A DNA stretch of 64,000 nucleotides from a virus. This document shows positions 20,185 to 29,197 of this stretch, piece by piece. The stretch lies in IMG/VR virus record IMGVR_UViG_3300031652_000001; one strand, written 5' to 3'. The notes under the pieces are model-generated. The model ran no database searches. It saw only the letters and a program-made list of their open reading frames with translations, and was not told where the DNA came from. Every line of letters starts with the position of its first letter. The first letter of the stretch is position 1. Made by a program: the position numbers and the translations under genes.

Positions 20185-20601
20185 CTATTTACCTCTCGCA
20201 TTTTTCAAGAGTTCCTCATATTCGGCAACACGACTCTTATGCTTCTTCTGAGCAGCTTTAGAACGACCCGCCTTTTCCCCCTTTTTTGTCGGACGATTTG
20301 TACCTGGTTTCACATATCCATACTTCTGTAGCTGTCTCGTACAAATGGCAAAACCCTTCGATGTCGCTGCCCTCGAATCAAGACCATCACTTTGAGCCTT
20401 CTTTGCAATTGCAAGGACACATCGTTTCAACTGTGGAGGCGTAGACCTCCTAGCCTCTTGAAACAGATCAGATATATGAACAAACTCTCTACCATCCTGG
20501 TAAACCCTGTTGGAACGAAACAAAGACCTTTTAATCCTATATCTCTTTGACTTCACAACAGTCGGATATGGATGCATCCAAAGTTCCCACTCAAAAAGCA
20601 T
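20185..20601 (-). CDS. Basic hypothetical protein
   Basis: ORF with GGAGA RBS; RCV...FAIC motif. Confidence 0.6.
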   Translation of the reverse strand: MLFEWELWMHPYPTVVKSKRYRIKRSLFRSNRVYQDGREFVHISDLFQEARRSTPPQLKRCVLAIAKKAQSDGLDSRAATSKGFAICTRQLQKYGYVKPGTNRPTKKGEKAGRSKAAQKKHKSRVAEYEELLKNARGK

Positions 20602-20609
20602 GCTCTCTC

Positions 20610-21395
20610 CTAATACAACAGTGGCATCGGAGGCCCCTGTACGTCCAAGATCTTGTCTTCAAGAATTTGTTTATCTTCCCTGGATTCAGCTATAAGTGAA
20701 TCACCATCTAACTGCTTCTCACCACCAGCAGTTGAATATGAACTGAACTTCGCTCTTTTTCTTCCAAGTTTATACTTGGAATCTGCAAGAGCCCATTGTT
20801 TCAAAAAATACTGATATTTCTTATTAAACCACTCTATTCGTATATCCTCTGAAAGGACACTATATCGATAAATACAAATTCCAGTATCCTGAGTCGGAGC
20901 TGGCATGACTCTCAATATCCTCACATTTGGCTCAACAGTAGGATCGTCATAATACTCCCAATCAAGATCTGAACTGAAAATCTTTTCGTTTGAAGATAAG
21001 GTCTGCATAGTTTGAACAACCGTCGTCTGAGGATAACTATTGTCACCCCACACGCCAGATGCCGCAACACCGTTCATCCCATATGGAATGCCATTAACAT
21101 CCAGAAAACCAGGATAAAGAGTGTTAAAATCTATCCTGGAAGCTGGCAATGGAAAAATTGCCTGAACAACCTCCCCAATTCTTGGCGTAACAGAACTCAG
21201 ATCGTATTCGTTCTGACCATAAACCAAATTGAGAGATGCTTCTTTGTAGATCCCAACAAAAGCACAAAACCATTCTTTCGCATTATTTAAAGACTGCTCT
21301 ATCTGCTTATCAGATAGCTCAACTTTTACACTCGGACACCCCTCATCTTCACCAAGCTCCCGCTTAACCCAAGTTTTGAACTCCTGTAACCGCAC
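20610..21395 (-). CDS. Neck protein / head-tail adaptor (gp13-like)
   Basis: LG...V.VEL...Q, ALA..K..LG..R.KF....GG...LDG..L. Confidence 0.85.
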   Translation of the reverse strand: MRLQEFKTWVKRELGEDEGCPSVKVELSDKQIEQSLNNAKEWFCAFVGIYKEASLNLVYGQNEYDLSSVTPRIGEVVQAIFPLPASRIDFNTLYPGFLDVNGIPYGMNGVAASGVWGDNSYPQTTVVQTMQTLSSNEKIFSSDLDWEYYDDPTVEPNVRILRVMPAPTQDTGICIYRYSVLSEDIRIEWFNKKYQYFLKQWALADSKYKLGRKRAKFSSYSTAGGEKQLDGDSLIAESREDKQILEDKILDVQGPPMPLLY

Positions 21396-21397
21396 CT

Positions 21398-21922
21398 TTA
21401 ATATCTCCTACTGCGAAGACTGCTTCCGCTCTCCGATTTATCTTTCTCCTTGGAGGTCCCCTTCGGAGAAGCCCCTTTCGAAGAAACATCCTTACCTGAC
21501 CCTTTCAAATCCTTCCTGGCCGTATCCTCGTCACCACCATTTTTATTTTTATCCAATGCACATTTCGTACAAAGTGCTCCCTCTATACATGGCTTCTTGG
21601 AACCATCTATTACGGCACCACAATTTGAACACTGACACGCACCATCAATTTTTTTCTTTCCGGTATCATCCGTTGCCTCAAGAGCCTCAAGACGCCGACG
21701 AAACTGTCTCTTCCTCAATTTGTTTTTCATCTTCCGAGTCGAACTGGCAACGCCACCAAGATCCTTCCCTTGACATGCCTCAAGAATATTCTTGGCAATA
21801 ACAGCAAGCTCTTCCCACTGCTGGGAAAGCAACGGCCTGCCCTCATCCCTTGGAACAGTTGATCCGCTCACCACACGGTCTTTCAGTACCTCAAGTAACT
21901 CTATGCTGCGACCAGTTCCCAT
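21398..21922 (-). CDS. Hypothetical protein with Cys cluster
   Basis: C.C..CG...C...C..C. Confidence 0.6.
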   Translation of the reverse strand: MGTGRSIELLEVLKDRVVSGSTVPRDEGRPLLSQQWEELAVIAKNILEACQGKDLGGVASSTRKMKNKLRKRQFRRRLEALEATDDTGKKKIDGACQCSNCGAVIDGSKKPCIEGALCTKCALDKNKNGGDEDTARKDLKGSGKDVSSKGASPKGTSKEKDKSESGSSLRSRRY

Positions 21923-21931
21923 TTATTACCC

Positions 21932-22609
21932 CTATTTGTTTCCATCTTCGTAAGCTTTCCTCTCTGCAGAAGCTTTTCTCCTGAGCCTATCAAAAAAGTT
22001 TGCACGAATACCAGCCTTTCGAAGCTCAGAATTGCTCGCTGAAGAAAGCTCATCCAAATTCAAAAAACTGTTGAGCACTATTTGAGCATTCCTTGATGTG
22101 ACACCAGGAAATACATCAGCCATATCCTCTTGACCATACATCGCAGACAACTTTGGAAGCTCCTTATCGAACACCTCAGCAATTTCATCCTCAGTAGTAG
22201 GAATAGGCGGATTATCCGCAAGCTTCACACCAGGTTGCTTCTCAACAGGTGCTGATGCCTTAGCCTTCTGTTTCGGAGTGACATCCGGCATACTTGGTAT
22301 ACGAATTCTTCCCGCCGGTGGTCTACCCATATGCTCAGATGTTATCACCCCAAGATGCCGAGGTGGTCTACTGGCTTGCTCTTCAGCAATACCTTTGGCC
22401 TCCAACCTCTGACCATCAGTAAGCTCTGAGAACTCAACCTCAACCAACTTCGGAGTCCTTCCAGGAAACGTCGATGGATCAGCAAATCTCGCAAACTCTT
22501 TCCCGCACAATACCGTCTCATCTGTGACCAATTTTCCTTGAACAACAAAGTTATCCAATTTTATCTCTGGATTTTTCTTATAAAACTTCATCACAAGTCC
22601 TCCATACAT
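21932..22609 (-). CDS. Hypothetical protein with possible C-terminal helix-hairpin-helix
   Basis: FPGV....A..V...F..LDEL..AS..EL..AGI. Confidence 0.55.
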   Translation of the reverse strand: MYGGLVMKFYKKNPEIKLDNFVVQGKLVTDETVLCGKEFARFADPSTFPGRTPKLVEVEFSELTDGQRLEAKGIAEEQASRPPRHLGVITSEHMGRPPAGRIRIPSMPDVTPKQKAKASAPVEKQPGVKLADNPPIPTTEDEIAEVFDKELPKLSAMYGQEDMADVFPGVTSRNAQIVLNSFLNLDELSSASNSELRKAGIRANFFDRLRRKASAERKAYEDGNK

Positions 22610-22612
22610 GCG

Positions 22613-22867
22613 TCATTCAACGCTCTCAACTTTTCCATGATGTTTCGCAAAATAAGCCTCTATCTCATTTTTTTCACCTGGAGACATCTTTGAAAACAAA
22701 ACAGCTTCTTTCCCCTTGCTCAATCCAAGAACAGATAAAACCTTCACCTTCATCTTCTTCGATATACCATTCCACCATTGCTCGGCGCTCTTGGACTCAG
22801 CAAGATCATCCTCATATAGAGCATGCCGTCTCAATGTCCGTCTGACTTCTTCCTTCAGTTCGTACAT
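22613..22867 (-). CDS. Small hypothetical protein
   Basis: Start moved to MYELKEE (AGGAG RBS); LRRHALYEDDLAE leader-like segment. Confidence 0.55.
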   Translation of the reverse strand: MYELKEEVRRTLRRHALYEDDLAESKSAEQWWNGISKKMKVKVLSVLGLSKGKEAVLFSKMSPGEKNEIEAYFAKHHGKVESVE

Positions 22868-22896
22868 TGCCAAAACATCTCCTGTTTTCAAAATAA

Positions 22897-22962
22897 ATAA
22901 AAAAGGTCAGGAGCGTCCACATGCCGATGTCCGGGGTAGAAATCAAACATGTAGACGCTCCC
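22897..22962 (-). terminator. Intrinsic terminator-like hairpin
   Basis: GGAGCGTCTACATG/CATGTGGACGCTCC stem followed shortly by a U-tract on the minus strand. Confidence 0.6.
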
Positions 22963-22977
22963 TTCCATAGGGGGCTC

Positions 22978-23541
22978 CTAAGTCTCTGTGAAGGTTGTTG
23001 AGGTCGTATCGCTACTATCCACAACATAGTCGGTGCCAACCGGCCATGCTCTGAGATAGACCGTCTCAGCAACCAAATCCGTCAACGTACACGCAAACTC
23101 ACCCGTAGCGGACGGAGTGACCTTCAAAAGGTTCGATCCTCCACCAGAAACAATTGCTCCAGCAGACGCCGTATTCAATGTCGCGTTGCCTGCCGGAACA
23201 GTACAATCCGCATCATCGAAAGCTCCGAAGTACATCTGTGGCTGCACGTTCGCGGCTGCTCCAGCTTCAGTAAGAAGGTCAAAGCCTTCCGCTGCACTTG
23301 CAGTTGCATCAGCCTCCGGATCCACAACATCCTTCATCGTGCAAACAATTGGTGCCCTGTCTGAGCCTTCCAGCTTGGCAATTACCGCAACATCATCATC
23401 TGATGATGCCTGCTGAAAAATCAGCTCACCCGCCGTGCGACCTGTCATCACATGGGATTCACCAGGATCCACCTGAATTCCGTCCACACAATATACAGAG
23501 GCACCACCTGTCGCTCTTTTATTAACAACTGTGATTTCCAT
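22978..23541 (-). CDS. Probable capsid decoration / Ig-like virion protein
   Basis: Directly after the major capsid gene; Ala/Thr/beta-rich; GGAGGT RBS. Confidence 0.5.
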   Translation of the reverse strand: MEITVVNKRATGGASVYCVDGIQVDPGESHVMTGRTAGELIFQQASSDDDVAVIAKLEGSDRAPIVCTMKDVVDPEADATASAAEGFDLLTEAGAAANVQPQMYFGAFDDADCTVPAGNATLNTASAGAIVSGGGSNLLKVTPSATGEFACTLTDLVAETVYLRAWPVGTDYVVDSSDTTSTTFTET

Positions 23542-23576
23542 TCCTTACCTCCTGTTCCTCATAGAGAAGAGAACCA

Positions 23577-23605
23577 GGGGTATGGATGTTTCTAATCCAT
23601 ACCCC
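23577..23605. terminator. Perfect 11-bp hairpin after the capsid gene
   Basis: GGGGTATGGAT-N7-ATCCATACCCC. Confidence 0.55.
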
Positions 23606-23619
23606 ATCGTCTCAACTCC

Positions 23620-25116
23620 CTATGGGAGATTCGTGACCGTAATGACCCCGTAGAAGTCAGCGTTCACCACCTTTTTGGTGTACCTAGTCCTGATACCCTT
23701 CCTCAGGGACCAATCCGCCGGGTCGAGGAATGCCGATGTCACTTGCAGCGGCACATATGGGGCATAAACAACCCCAGAGTCGGTAAACATTGTACCCTTC
23801 AACCCAACGAGCATTTTGCCCGCCGGAAAATGAGGATCAACAATCACCAACCACTTGCTCTGCAAGAAACCCATCGGATAAACACCGTATCCGGATGGCG
23901 CCTGTGGAAGCGGGAATGCCGGTCGACCGTTCACACCCTGTCCAGCCGGTGGCATCGGGGGATTGTTCACGATCTGAACCAGGTCACCATGGGTTGCCAA
24001 TGAAGCCAACACCGGTTGGACATCCGGACCGATGATCAGGAAGTTGCCAGGTCCCCTGTGAGTTCTGGTGTTGATGACACCACTGACTTTCTCGATGACG
24101 GTCGTGATATTCCGGAAGTGATCAACTTGGTTTCGCCCGGGGGGAACAGCTGCATCGAAAGTCGCGGTATTGGTAGTACCACTACCATATGCGGCCATGA
24201 TGAGTTCCCTATCGATTCCCAGCGCGATCTCGCTCGCGACCCCACTGGTAAGCTCGGGTTCGATGTCCATGTTGAGAACGGTCCTCATATCGTCAGACGC
24301 CTCTGACGACCACAGGAACTTCAACTTCCGACTGAACGCCTTGATGGCCTCCAACTGAATGTCGATGTTCACTTGAGGAACATTGTCGCTATTTGCTTCC
24401 ATATTATAGAAATAATTCGCGACAAGACCTGTAACCGACTCGTCGAACTTCAGATCATATACACCGGTTGCATAAACAATATCATTGTCTGCCGCAACAC
24501 CACCAACATCACCAGTAAGAAAACCAGTGCCATCAGCATCATAAATTCGCTTCTGAGAACCGTCCGATACGGCAGTAGCAACAAACTCTACACCAACCTG
24601 ACCCAACCCTGCTGGCTTTACTGGAAACCAACTAAGTGTCCCAGCAAAGTCTGTGTTTGTACCAGCAATTGCCTCTTGATCGACATACTCCGAAGAATAA
24701 TACCGATCAAAATTCTGGATCATGTTTTGTCCCGCCGAAATGTTGCCCTTGTTGGTACCGTACTTGTACTCCCAGAAAAAGATTCCACCGATGGGGGAGT
24801 TCATTGGCTGAATGCTGAACAATCCATTTGCGACCAAGTTCGCCCACACTCGCCTTACGATTGGGAATACAAACTTGACCAAGTCCGGAATATTTCCGGA
24901 AAGGGTAGATTCGGAAAGAACCTTGCGTTTCAGCCGCGCCATCTCTCGTTGTTCGTTCTCGAACAACTGAGCCATACAACGCCTCGTCCATGGCGTCCAA
25001 TGGTCCTCCATCAGACGTCCCCACCGTTTCGTCAACAACCGGTTCAGATCCTCATCGAGGATCGTGTTATCCACCATATCCCGGGCTTGTTCATTCAAAA
25101 AATTGAGTTCTCTCAT
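23620..25116 (-). CDS. Major capsid protein (T4 gp23-like)
   Basis: LFEN, P.VRR, SIQPM..P.G.IF, SRKLK..WS.E, IDRE, YAPYVPL, G..TRY. Confidence 0.95.
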   Translation of the reverse strand: MRELNFLNEQARDMVDNTILDEDLNRLLTKRWGRLMEDHWTPWTRRCMAQLFENEQREMARLKRKVLSESTLSGNIPDLVKFVFPIVRRVWANLVANGLFSIQPMNSPIGGIFFWEYKYGTNKGNISAGQNMIQNFDRYYSSEYVDQEAIAGTNTDFAGTLSWFPVKPAGLGQVGVEFVATAVSDGSQKRIYDADGTGFLTGDVGGVAADNDIVYATGVYDLKFDESVTGLVANYFYNMEANSDNVPQVNIDIQLEAIKAFSRKLKFLWSSEASDDMRTVLNMDIEPELTSGVASEIALGIDRELIMAAYGSGTTNTATFDAAVPPGRNQVDHFRNITTVIEKVSGVINTRTHRGPGNFLIIGPDVQPVLASLATHGDLVQIVNNPPMPPAGQGVNGRPAFPLPQAPSGYGVYPMGFLQSKWLVIVDPHFPAGKMLVGLKGTMFTDSGVVYAPYVPLQVTSAFLDPADWSLRKGIRTRYTKKVVNADFYGVITVTNLP

Positions 25117-25161
25117 TTTAAACCTCCGTTGAGATTCCTGTGTTCAAACCATTTGGATAGA

Positions 25162-26718
25162 CTAAAGTCTCTCCGATGCCGTTTTCAGAAGATCCATTGG
25201 AACACCCATTACAACCTCCTGATCTTCGACCAAGCTATCCGGCGTATTGGATTTGAAATCATCTGTCGGAGTTGATCTTTTCAGACCTCTACGGATCCTC
25301 TGATACTCCTCAGACAGTGGATTCTCCCTATTGTACGTCGCAATGAGCCTATCGATATCCTCCTTCTTCTGAGGATTGACTGATTCGACATGCTCACGGA
25401 GCGCAGGTGCTTTTGGATGTCCAGCAATCTTCTTTTCGAGGTATGCCCTGAGTCCAAATTTATGAGAAACCGACAGAGCCCTGTCTCGCTGCTCTTTGAG
25501 TTGCTCAACCTCTGCTTTCAGCTTGGCCACCTCAGCCTCTTGCTCGACACGCTCTTCCTCTTCCTCTTTTAACTGTTCGAGAACCTCCTCGATAGCCTCC
25601 TGGAAGTCTTCAATCGTGTCGAACCTGTTGACATCACCAATCCGACTCTTGACCGTATCCGCATTCTCTCCAAGCTCTCGCTCCATATAGAGATTGTATC
25701 CAAGCTCTTTCGCAATACTGGAGACTCTCTTCAGCTCTTCAGTTTGCTCGTGAACTTTTTTATCCCTATTAGCAACTCGCTCCTCCAAAGTACGAATCTT
25801 GTCTTTGAGTCTGATAATCTCCTTGTTCTCGTCTCCCTCGAACAAGAACGGCGACACCAACTCTTTAATGCTCTCAACCACCGTTTTCGCCGCAGCTACT
25901 TCCGGATCATTGAGAAGTGTCTCCTTGGCTTGCTCCACAGCTTCCTGACGAATTGTCTCACCTTCCTCTTTCAGCTGTCTCTCAACCTCGGCCTGTAACG
26001 CTACCCTTGCATGATCCCTCGCCTCCGGCTCAACTTCCTCTCGAAGATCAGCTTTCAGCCTCTTAATCAGCTCGGGATTTTCTCTGATAAATTTTTCAAT
26101 GTCCATGAGACCCTCCTTGTCTTCGACCACGAAGTCAGGATGCGCCCCGGCATTTGCCGGGTCTGCCACGATATCCCAAGTCACTAACTTATAGTCCTCC
26201 TGGACAACGTGGTTGCCTTTGGCATCGGGAACGACTGAACCGAAACCACGACTGCTCACACCAAGAGTTCCACCAGCCTTGGCAATCGCCAATGCCTGGT
26301 CACCATTCTTTGTGCCTGGAATTATCTCTATCCGTCCAATGATCTCATTGTTCTCATTGATCGTTGCACCAAGCACAAAGTGGCTAACCCTAGAAAACTT
26401 GGTTTTTCCGTCACTAGGATGATCAAGCTCACCATAAACTTTCTTTGCCGCCATGGCCTCTGAAAGCCTGCTTACCTCTCTCTCAATAAGCTTTCTTGGA
26501 TACAGCCGACGATTAGCAGTCGCAACCTCAACAAGACCAAATCTACCATTGAGATAGAAATGATTTTTGCCGTCGTTACCCTTCTCTTCAACTAGATCAC
26601 CAGGCTTAACTTCAAGCCAAAAGAAATCTTCTAATAATGGCTTCTTCTCACCCGATCCATCAAAGATCACATCATTCCCGCCATTCGACTCAATAAGCTT
26701 GCGCACCCTTTTATTCAT
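25162..26718 (-). CDS. Prohead protease (gp21-like) fused to a coiled-coil scaffold
   Basis: N.R.YP, GELDHP, VSH, GVSSRG.GS and D.VADP motifs; Glu-rich coiled C-terminal half. Confidence 0.9.
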   Translation of the reverse strand: MNKRVRKLIESNGGNDVIFDGSGEKKPLLEDFFWLEVKPGDLVEEKGNDGKNHFYLNGRFGLVEVATANRRLYPRKLIEREVSRLSEAMAAKKVYGELDHPSDGKTKFSRVSHFVLGATINENNEIIGRIEIIPGTKNGDQALAIAKAGGTLGVSSRGFGSVVPDAKGNHVVQEDYKLVTWDIVADPANAGAHPDFVVEDKEGLMDIEKFIRENPELIKRLKADLREEVEPEARDHARVALQAEVERQLKEEGETIRQEAVEQAKETLLNDPEVAAAKTVVESIKELVSPFLFEGDENKEIIRLKDKIRTLEERVANRDKKVHEQTEELKRVSSIAKELGYNLYMERELGENADTVKSRIGDVNRFDTIEDFQEAIEEVLEQLKEEEEERVEQEAEVAKLKAEVEQLKEQRDRALSVSHKFGLRAYLEKKIAGHPKAPALREHVESVNPQKKEDIDRLIATYNRENPLSEEYQRIRRGLKRSTPTDDFKSNTPDSLVEDQEVVMGVPMDLLKTASERL

Positions 26719-26735
26719 GATCGATTGCTCCCGTT

Positions 26736-27737
26736 TTATCGGTTGCCGTCCCTAAGGCGCCTCATTGTTTCAAGCATTGAGTCATCAACAAAATTCGAAC
26801 TGTCCCAAATGGACAAAACCGAACTATGTCTCCCATTGCTCTCCCGAAGAAGATCGGATGCCTCTGAGAAGCTGTTCGTAAAGCCATCAGACTCAAGCAA
26901 ACCGTCATCCACTCCTTCGAGCATGTCATGAGCCGACAATACTTCTCCGACACAGTCCATGGCATCAGCCAACGTTGCTTCAAGCATCGCATCCTGATCC
27001 CTTGTTACTGTGCCACCCATCTTCTCCATCCGACGAAGAACATCGTCGGCGCCCACCGTGAGTGAAAGCATATCTTTCGCCGCCTCACAGTCCTCGTCCA
27101 TGATGTTCATCGCCGCCAACTCACCAAGGTCAGATACATGGTTAAAGGCAGTGACGAACTCCTGGAAACGCTCCTGTGGATCATTGTTCAAGGCATGCTC
27201 AAGACCATTCAGCTCTTCCATAAGAGTCGAATATTCATCCATTGACTCACTCCTGAATATTCTTCCCTTCTTTGGACCACCACGGGCTTTCAATATCTTC
27301 GCATGTTTCTTCCGCTTCTTCTTGGCAATTGACGTCCCTTGCTTCCTGGTCTTTTTGGCCATGTACTTACGACCTTCAGACGTCTTCAGCCATTTCTTCA
27401 TTTTCTTCCGACGGACTCTCCTAACCCCCTGCGAAGCAAGTTTGATGAACCCCTCTTCCAGATCGTGATCCTGTGCAATCTCTTCGAGGTCGTCATCGTT
27501 CAAGCTTTCAACAAAGGCTTCATAGCCCTGGTCGGAATCGAACACGTCATCATCATCATCCTCTTCGATCTCCGGAGAGAGATAGATATCCGTGTCCAGA
27601 TTTCCTTCCGCATGCTCGTCCGACGGATCAACCTCTACTTCATCCTCTTCTCCTTCTCGGAGGGGGAAAGTCTCGTTGATCTGTGCATCGGTCAAACCTA
27701 AACTGCGGAGGCTCTCTTCCAATGATGCCATTCTCAT
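26736..27737 (-). CDS. Prohead core/scaffold-like protein
   Basis: Acidic blocks flank a basic block; many L-x-E sites; upstream of the protease. Confidence 0.55.
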   Translation of the reverse strand: MRMASLEESLRSLGLTDAQINETFPLREGEEDEVEVDPSDEHAEGNLDTDIYLSPEIEEDDDDDVFDSDQGYEAFVESLNDDDLEEIAQDHDLEEGFIKLASQGVRRVRRKKMKKWLKTSEGRKYMAKKTRKQGTSIAKKKRKKHAKILKARGGPKKGRIFRSESMDEYSTLMEELNGLEHALNNDPQERFQEFVTAFNHVSDLGELAAMNIMDEDCEAAKDMLSLTVGADDVLRRMEKMGGTVTRDQDAMLEATLADAMDCVGEVLSAHDMLEGVDDGLLESDGFTNSFSEASDLLRESNGRHSSVLSIWDSSNFVDDSMLETMRRLRDGNR

Positions 27738-27752
27738 AATTACCTCCTACGG

Positions 27753-28628
27753 TTAAACCGCTTTCAATTCACCTGACATCTTCGATACAAAATCACTACC
27801 GAGAGTCAGGTTCACAATTTGTTCTGCAACTCTGTCATGAATTTTGGCTGCAAAATCGGTATCACCAGCTTTAGCCTTCGACAACGCAACCGAAACCAAA
27901 TCAATTGCACTATCTATCGCCTCAAGAAAATCACCGGCAACTGAATCAAACTCAGATAAAACGGCTTCCTCTTCAACAGATCTACCCTCCCCTGTCATCT
28001 CCCTATAATCGTCCATCGACGACAACGCCTTGGCGTTTAAAGCTCCCAATTTTGAAGACAAATCAGAAAGAGAACGTGTCAACGTATAACCATCAACACT
28101 ACCATCCTCACCAACATAGCGCCTATCAAATGAACCAACATCACCACCAACATATTCTGTTACGGCATCTTTACGATCACCACATATATAGCTCATCCAT
28201 GTACGTTGGTTATCAAACACACTCTCGATATGATCTTTTACAGGAATAGTAGTTGTCGAATTAACAGTAGCCAAAGTCCTAAGAATAGAACTGACTCTAT
28301 CCTTATCACCTTTCAACAGAGCTTCAGATCCCATTGTCAAAAGCGTATCTTCGCTCAAAACAGCCACTTTTTCTTCCTTCAACTCTGTGAAGGCAATGCC
28401 ACTTTTGCCACTTTTCATAGAATAATTACAAGACAGGAAGCCTTTTCCCTCAACAAAGACCACAACGTGATCAGCATATGTTGAAAAAAGATGTGCCTTC
28501 CCACCAAAAAATTTTTCATTTTCCTCAACGGCTTCAGAAATTGCCTGCAAAAGATTCTCGTAAGAACCCTTTAACAATCTCTCTAACTCTTTCGCCTCAA
28601 CAATCTCAGTTTTTCTGTCTTTGCTCAT
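27753..28628 (-). CDS. Hypothetical head-module protein
   Basis: Start moved to MSKDRK; GSYE motif; helical C-terminus. Confidence 0.6.
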   Translation of the reverse strand: MSKDRKTEIVEAKELERLLKGSYENLLQAISEAVEENEKFFGGKAHLFSTYADHVVVFVEGKGFLSCNYSMKSGKSGIAFTELKEEKVAVLSEDTLLTMGSEALLKGDKDRVSSILRTLATVNSTTTIPVKDHIESVFDNQRTWMSYICGDRKDAVTEYVGGDVGSFDRRYVGEDGSVDGYTLTRSLSDLSSKLGALNAKALSSMDDYREMTGEGRSVEEEAVLSEFDSVAGDFLEAIDSAIDLVSVALSKAKAGDTDFAAKIHDRVAEQIVNLTLGSDFVSKMSGELKAV

Positions 28629-28650
28629 GAGTTCACCATCACTATCCACC

Positions 28651-28679
28651 ATTACGTATGTAAAAAGATGCAATGTCAA
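28651..28679 (-). promoter_or_regulatory. Sigma70-like promoter candidate for head genes
   Basis: TTGACA-N17-CGTAAT. Confidence 0.4.
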
Positions 28680-28757
28680 CAAACCGTAACTGTTTAATTT
28701 TTTTTTAGAGAACGAATATGTCTAGTATATGCCTAGCTGACACATGGTAGGCTCAAG

Positions 28758-29156
28758 CTACTTTTTTATAGATTTTATCGAATTGATAATAGGTGCCACA
28801 ATACTTATAAGACCATTCTTCACATCCATTAGATCACGAACGATCTGTACAGCTTTTCTGTGACTCTTTCCAATATCGTTAACATTTTTATTACTCAAAA
28901 CACCATCTCCTAAGGAACGCATAAAGGAATCCAACCCCTTCGAAAACGAAAGTATCCTGGAAGTAACTGCCTCAATATCTTTATTTATATCAACAATCTC
29001 CTGCCTAAAATATCCAAGCTTTTTTCTTGCTTGTATGGGGTCTGATGACTCAACAATCTCTGCATCAACCATGAGACCATTTAAATCCTCAAGAAAACCA
29101 TTTACCCTAGTCAATTTAGTACTCATATTATCACCTTCCTCCAAACAATATCTCAC
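28758..29156 (-). CDS. Hypothetical coiled-coil protein
   Basis: ORF; likely start MSTKL. Confidence 0.55.
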   Translation of the reverse strand: MRYCLEEGDNMSTKLTRVNGFLEDLNGLMVDAEIVESSDPIQARKKLGYFRQEIVDINKDIEAVTSRILSFSKGLDSFMRSLGDGVLSNKNVNDIGKSHRKAVQIVRDLMDVKNGLISIVAPIINSIKSIKK

Positions 29157-29197
29157 TAGATATTGCTTATTTTGTTGATCTATTATCCCACAAAAAT

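Noticed and set aside
24373-25275. 300-aa plus-strand ORF (likewise 5484..6476, 55455..56327, 51570..52271)
   Set aside because: Antisense shadows of well-supported minus-strand genes
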